A stretch of DNA of 51,768 bases from Trypethelium eluteriae. Lineage: Eukaryota. Position numbers and translations under genes: made by a program. The DNA lies in the NCBI GenBank assembly GCA_051942245.1, contig JAVECL010000105.1, positions 1 through 51,768 of the forward strand, written 5' to 3'. The notes beneath the pieces are model-generated. The model had not been told where the DNA came from. It worked only from the letters and a program-made list of their open reading frames with translations, and did not search any database. Shown here piece after piece: positions 45,429 through 51,768 of the stretch. The stretch's first letter is position 1, and each line of letters begins with the position of its first letter.

Positions 45429-48400
45429 ATGCCTCCTCCACAAAGACCCCCGCCTTCGTCTCCCAAGCGGGAACATCGGCATTCCACCCATCGAGACTCC
45501 CCTAGAAGACGTCGCCCCTCAGACCTCGAGGCTTCACCATACGAGAGATCCGAGAAACCTAGACTATCTCCGACGCGCAAACAGCCCACAGACGCCTATA
45601 TTACCTCCCTCCCTTCACCCGGAACACCCGGTGCTGATCATGATCCAATAATGTCTGGATACAAAGGCAGCAATGACCTCAATCGGAAGCGAAGTCTTAT
45701 ACGACCAGAGCGGACTCGGATTGACAGTGACCACCCTCAATATCATTACCGCAAACATGCTCAGAATATGACCGTATACCCTTCAACAACGGGGAATGAT
45801 CCTATACTTGATCATGGGGAGGCCGAAACGGTCAGCTCGGAAAGTACGGACCTGAAGAGCCTCAATCGTCCCGATCCCAACTCACCCTCTCGACTCAACG
45901 AAAAGGAACATCTTGACAAAGCAGGCGGTGGAAGTCGGAGGGCACCGCGAAAACTAATGAGAGGCGGTACGATCAAGAAGCGCCCGAATGAAAAGCCAAA
46001 GGATACTGGGGTTGCTCCACCGAGTCTTTGGAGCTCATACTGTCACTTGATTACATTCTGGTGCCCGGATGCTATTCTGGCCTGCTTCGGCAAACCAGCC
46101 AAGGCCCAACAGCGGGCCTGGCGCGAGAAGATGGGTCTGATAAGTGTCATTCTCCTGGTCGCTGCGTTTGTTGGCTTCCTCACCTTTGGCTTCACGCAAG
46201 CTGTGTGTCCCAACGGAGGACCGACAAGACTCAGGGTTAATCACGTTGGTGATGGGTACATGATATTCCATGGGGAAGCATATGATCTCACTCGCTCGCA
46301 ACATCCACTTGCACGTGGGATTTCCGCTGGAGGCAATGTTCTATGGGACATGGATCAGCCGCACGGTGGGCAAGATGGCAGTTTTCTATTTCAGAATGTG
46401 AATGGTGCTTGCAAAGACATGATCACACTGGCGCCCAACTCTGATGTCCCCACCAACAACAATGGCGACCTGGCTTGGTATTTCCCTTGCAATCCCTATA
46501 ACCAGGATGGCTCGACACGACCCAATCTGACCATGCCGTATTACCTAGGATATTCATGCCACACGTCATCAGGAGCAAGGAACGATTTCTATGGCCTCAA
46601 AAGCTCAGGTGATGTCTACTTTACTTGGGATGACGTTAAGAATAGCTCCCGAAGTTTGACTGTGTTCAATGGAGACGTGCTTGATCTGAGCCTTCTGGAT
46701 TGGTTCAACAAGACCCAAGTCAGCTATCCTTCGGAATGGGATAGCATTCGCAATGATCCAAGTGTTCATGGGGTCGATATCACCAAGGCCTGGATTGCCA
46801 AAGGAGCCAAAAACACTGGCAATTGCTTTTCCCAAATCATCAAGGTCGGGTCAATCGATACCGCCACCGTCGGATGCATCGCTTCGAAAGTCGTCCTCTA
46901 CGTGTCCTTGATTTTCATTTTATCAATCGTCCTCATCAAGTTCTTCCTTGCGCTAGTCTTCCAATGGTTCCTTTGCAGGCGCTTCGGGGCCACAAAGACC
47001 TCACTCGGACCGGATTCAAAGAGGAGGAAGCAGCAAATTGAAGATTGGAGTGATGACATCTATCGACCAGCACCCAAATTGAATGACAATATGGTCGGCA
47101 TGGTTGGTGATAGGACAAGCAAACGTGCAAGCTTCCTTCCAACAACTTCAAGGTTCACCAGCCCCTATGAGATCGAGAAGTCTTCAAAGAAAAACAGGCC
47201 AGCGCCCACCACGATGGCCAGTCAGAGCTCCAACTCGCGATTACTCCCGTCCAATCCTGTCTACAAGCAAGTCAATACCAGCGATGACGGCACTCTGCCA
47301 ACCTATTCCTCACCCCACACCAAGCATACACACGGTGAAAGTCGAAGCAGTCTGCTCATGTCATCAAATACGGATCAAAGATACAGTGTGATGGCGGACG
47401 TTGAGGAGCCTGGCCCTGCCGGTTTCGTCCACGAAGCTGTTGTTCCACAGCCACCGCCAGAGTGGCAGCCCTTTGGATACCCTCTTGCACACACGATCTG
47501 TCTTGTCACTGCCTATTCAGAAGGAGCCGACGGTCTTCGAACAACGTTGGATTCGATTGCAACGACGGATTACCCCAACAGTCATAAATTGATTCTTGTC
47601 ATCTGTGATGGGTTGATAAAGGGAAAAGGTGAAGAGTTTTCCACGCCAGAGGTCACACTTAGCATGATGAAAGACCATGCTATCCTTCCCGATGAGGTGC
47701 AGGCCTTTTCTTATGTTGCTGTTGCTACTGGTTCCAAGCGCCACAACATGGCCAAGATCTATTCTGGATTTTACGACTATGGTGAAGACTCGGTGATTCC
47801 AACGGAGAAGCAGTCACGCGTGCCCATGATGGTCATCGTCAAATGCGGCACACCTGACGAAGCTACCAAGTCCAAGCCTGGAAACCGTGGTAAACGTGAC
47901 GGTCAGGTTATCCTCATGTCATTCCTACAAAAGGTCATGTTCGATGAGCGAATGACGGAACTTGAATATGAAATGTTCAACGCCATATGGAAAATTACGG
48001 GGATCTCACCTGATTTCTACGAAATTGTGCTGATGGTTGATGCTGATACTAAGGTTTTCCCGGATAGTCTTACGCACATGGTCTCTGCGATGGTCAAAGA
48101 TCCCGAGATCATGGGTCTGTGTGGTGAGACGAAAATCGCAAACAAGCGACAAAGCTGGGTCTCAATGATTCAAGTCTTCGAATACTTCATCTCTCACCAC
48201 CTTTCCAAGTCCTTTGAGTCAGTCTTTGGTGGTGTGACCTGTTTGCCGGGTTGCTTCTGCATGTATCGAATCAAAGCTCCAAAGGGCGGGCAAAACTACT
48301 GGGTGCCCATCATGGCAAATCCCGACATAGTTGAGCACTACTCGGAAAACGTGGTCGACACTTTGCACAAGAAGAATCTGCTCTTGCTTGGAGAGGACCG

Positions 48401-49217
48401 GTATCTATCAACCCTCATGCTCAAGACGTTCCCAAAGAGAAAGCAGGTCTTTGTACCACAAGCTGTCTGCAAAACCGTTGTTCCAGATGAGTTCAAAGTG
48501 CTTCTATCGCAGCGACGAAGATGGATCAACAGTACGGTGCACAATCTCATGGAGCTTGTGCTTGTACGGGACCTCTGTGGAACATTCTGCTTCAGTATGC
48601 AATTCGTCATCTTTATCGAATTGGTTGGGACTCTAGTCCTCCCTGCCGCTATTTCCTTCACCATCTACGTTATCGCTCTTGCCGTCAAGGCTGCTATTAC
48701 TCATACCGCGGCTCCTACCATTCCTCTCATCCTCTTGGTCTTAATTCTTGGGATGCCGGCAGTCCTTATTGTTCTCACAGCCCACCGCTTCGTTTACGTT
48801 CTGTGGATGTTTGTCTACCTACTGTCTCTCCCAATCTGGAACTTTGTCCTCCCAACGTATGCCTACTGGAAATTCGACGACTTCAGCTGGGGTGACACGC
48901 GCAAGACAGCTGGTGAGAAGACGAAGAAGGCTGGGATCGAATACGAGGGCGAGTTTGACAGTAGCAAGATCACGATGAAGCGCTGGGGTGATTTTGAGCA
49001 AGGTCAGTACTCTACTTCCTCTTCTCTGCAATTTTGCCCGCACCATCCCGGCTGTCAGTCTGAACATGTGATAATGGGTCGGCTAACGGAATCTGCAGAG
49101 CGACGCCTTAAGGCCCCAAATGTCGGCTGGTCGCAGCAGTCCACGGCGGTGGGCTCGTCCTCGCAGCCGGCGCACACGCAGCCGGGCAACGGCTTCGAGC
49201 AGTACTACGACCATTGA
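45429..49217 (+). CDS. CHS3: Class IV chitin synthase (yeast Chs3 / Aspergillus ChsD orthologue), ~1230 aa
   Basis: [18 protein letters not shown], cytochrome-b5-like region, [52 protein letters not shown]. Intron 49003-49098. ATG at 45429 (alternative 45651). Confidence 0.97.
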   Translation: MPPPQRPPPSSPKREHRHSTHRDSPRRRRPSDLEASPYERSEKPRLSPTRKQPTDAYITSLPSPGTPGADHDPIMSGYKGSNDLNRKRSLIRPERTRIDSDHPQYHYRKHAQNMTVYPSTTGNDPILDHGEAETVSSESTDLKSLNRPDPNSPSRLNEKEHLDKAGGGSRRAPRKLMRGGTIKKRPNEKPKDTGVAPPSLWSSYCHLITFWCPDAILACFGKPAKAQQRAWREKMGLISVILLVAAFVGFLTFGFTQAVCPNGGPTRLRVNHVGDGYMIFHGEAYDLTRSQHPLARGISAGGNVLWDMDQPHGGQDGSFLFQNVNGACKDMITLAPNSDVPTNNNGDLAWYFPCNPYNQDGSTRPNLTMPYYLGYSCHTSSGARNDFYGLKSSGDVYFTWDDVKNSSRSLTVFNGDVLDLSLLDWFNKTQVSYPSEWDSIRNDPSVHGVDITKAWIAKGAKNTGNCFSQIIKVGSIDTATVGCIASKVVLYVSLIFILSIVLIKFFLALVFQWFLCRRFGATKTSLGPDSKRRKQQIEDWSDDIYRPAPKLNDNMVGMVGDRTSKRASFLPTTSRFTSPYEIEKSSKKNRPAPTTMASQSSNSRLLPSNPVYKQVNTSDDGTLPTYSSPHTKHTHGESRSSLLMSSNTDQRYSVMADVEEPGPAGFVHEAVVPQPPPEWQPFGYPLAHTICLVTAYSEGADGLRTTLDSIATTDYPNSHKLILVICDGLIKGKGEEFSTPEVTLSMMKDHAILPDEVQAFSYVAVATGSKRHNMAKIYSGFYDYGEDSVIPTEKQSRVPMMVIVKCGTPDEATKSKPGNRGKRDGQVILMSFLQKVMFDERMTELEYEMFNAIWKITGISPDFYEIVLMVDADTKVFPDSLTHMVSAMVKDPEIMGLCGETKIANKRQSWVSMIQVFEYFISHHLSKSFESVFGGVTCLPGCFCMYRIKAPKGGQNYWVPIMANPDIVEHYSENVVDTLHKKNLLLLGEDRYLSTLMLKTFPKRKQVFVPQAVCKTVVPDEFKVLLSQRRRWINSTVHNLMELVLVRDLCGTFCFSMQFVIFIELVGTLVLPAAISFTIYVIALAVKAAITHTAAPTIPLILLVLILGMPAVLIVLTAHRFVYVLWMFVYLLSLPIWNFVLPTYAYWKFDDFSWGDTRKTAGEKTKKAGIEYEGEFDSSKITMKRWGDFEQGQYSTSSSLQFCPHHPGCQSEHVIMGRLTESAERRLKAPNVGWSQQSTAVGSSSQPAHTQPGNGFEQYYDH

Positions 49218-50887
49218 GGTACATGATTTACTACCAGCATGCGGGGAACCATGGAAAAGCAGGAGCGCAGGGTCTTCTCTTTGTCATACTGAGTGTCTAC
49301 CATCATTAAGGTTCCTCCCTGAGCGTTGGTGCATTTACGAGGTGTTGGAGCCTGTCATTCACGTTTTGGGTAATGCGGTGTCGTCCCTTTCGAACCCGGG
49401 AATCCGGGACATGTCTATCCTTGTTTGTACTCCATTCTATGTTTCTCTAGCTGCATCGCCTTTGTGTACTTTTCGACTGGGGGTTAGAACGGGTTGGTGG
49501 CTATACCACGTAATGGAATTGGGCAGGCTGGAATCTAGAAGTGAATTGCCCATGTTCGCTCTGTAGATAATTGGCAGGTGTATGTGCTCTTCTACGATCA
49601 TTGAATCTGTTTGGGTCCCAAATGCGTACGAAATCGAGATCGAGATGAGATGCTTCGGTAAATCGTCGGATGCCTGTCACTACAAGACTGGAAAGAGGCG
49701 TCACTCCTGCTGTGTCGCTAAATGGTCAGACAGGAGATGCTAAGGTGGTGAAGTGCCAGCGAGTGGGTCTACAAGCGGCATCGAACCACTCAGCAGGTGA
49801 CAAGCTGTACCTGATGCCATTGAAACCATTTGGTAGGCATATATTGCCGTTGCCAACTGGTGTGCGTTAAACTTCTCTAGCGTATCCTCACTTTCTTTGG
49901 GGAGCCATAAGCTGCACTGACGAGAAGGTTTGCCCGTTCATTTCAAATGACTTCTATCGTTCTCCCAGGGAGCAGATGGGCAGCGACACAGCGGATGATC
50001 TTGCCGAAAGCACGGTGAGTTTTGTGCCTCATGAGTATTTCAGGGGGAGATGGCATGGGCGGACGCACCTGATCGGCCTCTGATGTGCTCCGTACACCAC
50101 CTGCACTCCTCAGTCGCAGCCGGGCACCATTTACAGCAGTCCTCATCCTTCCACTCAGGCATTGGAAAAGTAACTGTACATGGCGGTTCACGAGTCTGAG
50201 CAGTCTCCCAACTTTGTCGTTGCCACTCTGGGAATCCCCACCAGTGGGAAAGCTGCTCCTCACCCAATCGGGGTAACCGTGCAGGCCCTGTGCCGCAATC
50301 TTCCGTTTTCCAACGCTCCAACGTGCTGCCACGAGACGGCCCTGGGTCTGGCAACCCCCGCTCACAAAATTGAGAAGCTCGGGTTTGCATCCGGAGCGAC
50401 TTTAAACCTGCTTTGCCGCTGCAGTCTTAAGGCCGACATACTGACACCAACCTCGGTTTTCCATGTAGATAACGGCGATGCATGGTAAGCCTTGTTTCGT
50501 TTGCTGTCATTGAGTGCGCCGTATATGGATAGTCTGGAACCATTTGAAAAAATCCCGAAATTTGCTCCCTAAGGCTCGATACCGACAGGCTGGTTCCATT
50601 TCGTCGGATGCACGTGTGTTAAACTTCCACCGGAGGAAATTATCTGCGAATCACTGCAGAAATCAGGTCGCCGTATATTTCAACACGATGGAGTCTTACC
50701 TACAGGTAGCTAGAGCTCTCAAGGCCGCGCCAGGAAAAGGAGCATTATGACAAACTCCGCGAGTGTCCGAACTACCACGGCGGATCAGATTTCCATTACT
50801 TCCCTTTAAGTCATACGCACATTCTGTCGTCCGAGTGATTGTATATGGCCAATTCTGACTACATCTGGACTTGGAGATTTACTGGTG

Positions 50888-51768
50888 ATGGACGGGAGGG
50901 TCATCAATTCTACTTCGGCTGGGCATCCTGAGAGTCCTTTACCTGGCGAGATGGAGACTGGCGATGAGCGCAACGATCCTGGTAGCACTTTGACATCGCT
51001 AGGAACAATGGAGAGAACTCATTCTTCTTTTGATTTGCAATTGTCGCAACTACTAGAGGTGCCGATCGAAGTGGGAGGGGCATCAGACCGCCTGACTTTG
51101 CACCTCTCCACAGACATCCCGATGAGAGAAGACCCGAATACTGAAGTCATAATCTCTCCGCAACATGAGCTTTCTGATGTGCCAAATCTTTCGCTCCTTG
51201 AAGAATTCAGTCAATGGCATGCAGGCGTCCACGAAGGGCTTGACCATTTAAATCAGCCTTTCGTTGATGACTACTCATGGCCTTACGACATTGGCAGCTG
51301 GCTAGTCAATTGGACTCTCTCCGGGACCAAAACTTCTAAGCATAGTCATATTACCTCGACCGCTATCCGACTGCAAAATCGTACAAGGCCAAGACAGATA
51401 TTGAAAGATGACGTAAGGGGTGATCAATATGATATGCAGGGTATCGATTGGGCCAGGCTTGGAACGACACGGGAAAACGCCAGGCGAGCTCGATTAATAT
51501 CCTATGGAAAATCCCCGTCAAAGGTACATACTTCTATCCTGATGGTCTGGCAAGCTCCGCTAAGATTATCAGCTCTCCACAAACCCGCAAAGCATAAACG
51601 AAATCTTTCGATTTCGTCGTATGAGAACCGACCATACGGCCCACCTCACACATTTCCAGCTCCGTCACCTGATATCTGCCCCGTCTCGAAACGACATCTT
51701 CTATGCAGCAGGCTCTCAAGTCATTCACGTCAACACCTCCACCCCCTCCACGAAACCCATCATAAACC
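50888..51768 (+). CDS. 5' part of a WD40-repeat protein of the DxQGIxW / HFQLR family (S. pombe C2A9.03-like); start uncertain, runs off window
   Basis: Open frame from about 50810 to the window end; GDQYDMQGIDW; intron 51524-51572; then FRFRRM..HLTHFQLRHLISAPSRNDIFYA. Confidence 0.75.
   Translation, partial: MDGRVINSTSAGHPESPLPGEMETGDERNDPGSTLTSLGTMERTHSSFDLQLSQLLEVPIEVGGASDRLTLHLSTDIPMREDPNTEVIISPQHELSDVPNLSLLEEFSQWHAGVHEGLDHLNQPFVDDYSWPYDIGSWLVNWTLSGTKTSKHSHITSTAIRLQNRTRPRQILKDDVRGDQYDMQGIDWARLGTTRENARRARLISYGKSPSKVHTSILMVWQAPLRLSALHKPAKHKRNLSISSYENRPYGPPHTFPAPSPDICPVSKRHLLCSRLSSHSRQHLHPLHETHHK

Noticed and set aside
49218..50740. Several 60-150 aa ORFs between chitin synthase and the WD40 gene
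   Set aside because: Overlapping on both strands with no motifs; consistent with UTR or promoter sequence.
1..51768. tRNA or rRNA genes
   Set aside because: No cloverleaf or rRNA-like segment recognised by eye; tRNAscan-SE or Infernal would be needed to exclude them.

Overview
This is genomic DNA of a filamentous ascomycete (Pezizomycotina), judged from short GT-AG introns with CTAAC/CTGAC branch points and fungal gene families. Two blocks of conserved housekeeping genes flank about 29 kb of accessory-looking DNA. The left block holds CFT1/CPSF160 (3' end runs off the window), an LMBR1-family transporter, VTA1 and an MPD1-type PDI. The right block holds the Sel1-repeat chitin synthase activator head-to-head with a class IV chitin synthase, plus the 5' part of a WD40 gene. 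The middle region contains an Mx-like dynamin GTPase, two F-box pseudogenes, a kinase relic, an intact HET-WD40 gene with no NACHT domain, an intact kinase / CorA-like / APC-permease triad, a TAP-like alpha/beta hydrolase and a single-TM Cys-rich pseudogene. The best leads are: (1) the kinase-CorA-permease triad as a candidate signalling or cell-death module inside an immunity-like island; (2) a 375-nt CFT1 intron carrying AAUAAA plus GU-rich elements in an open reading frame, suggesting autoregulatory intronic polyadenylation; (3) the NACHT-less HET-WD40 receptor with an AT-shifted, RIP-like HET half. All gene models were read by hand, family assignments rest on recalled motifs, and no database search was run.
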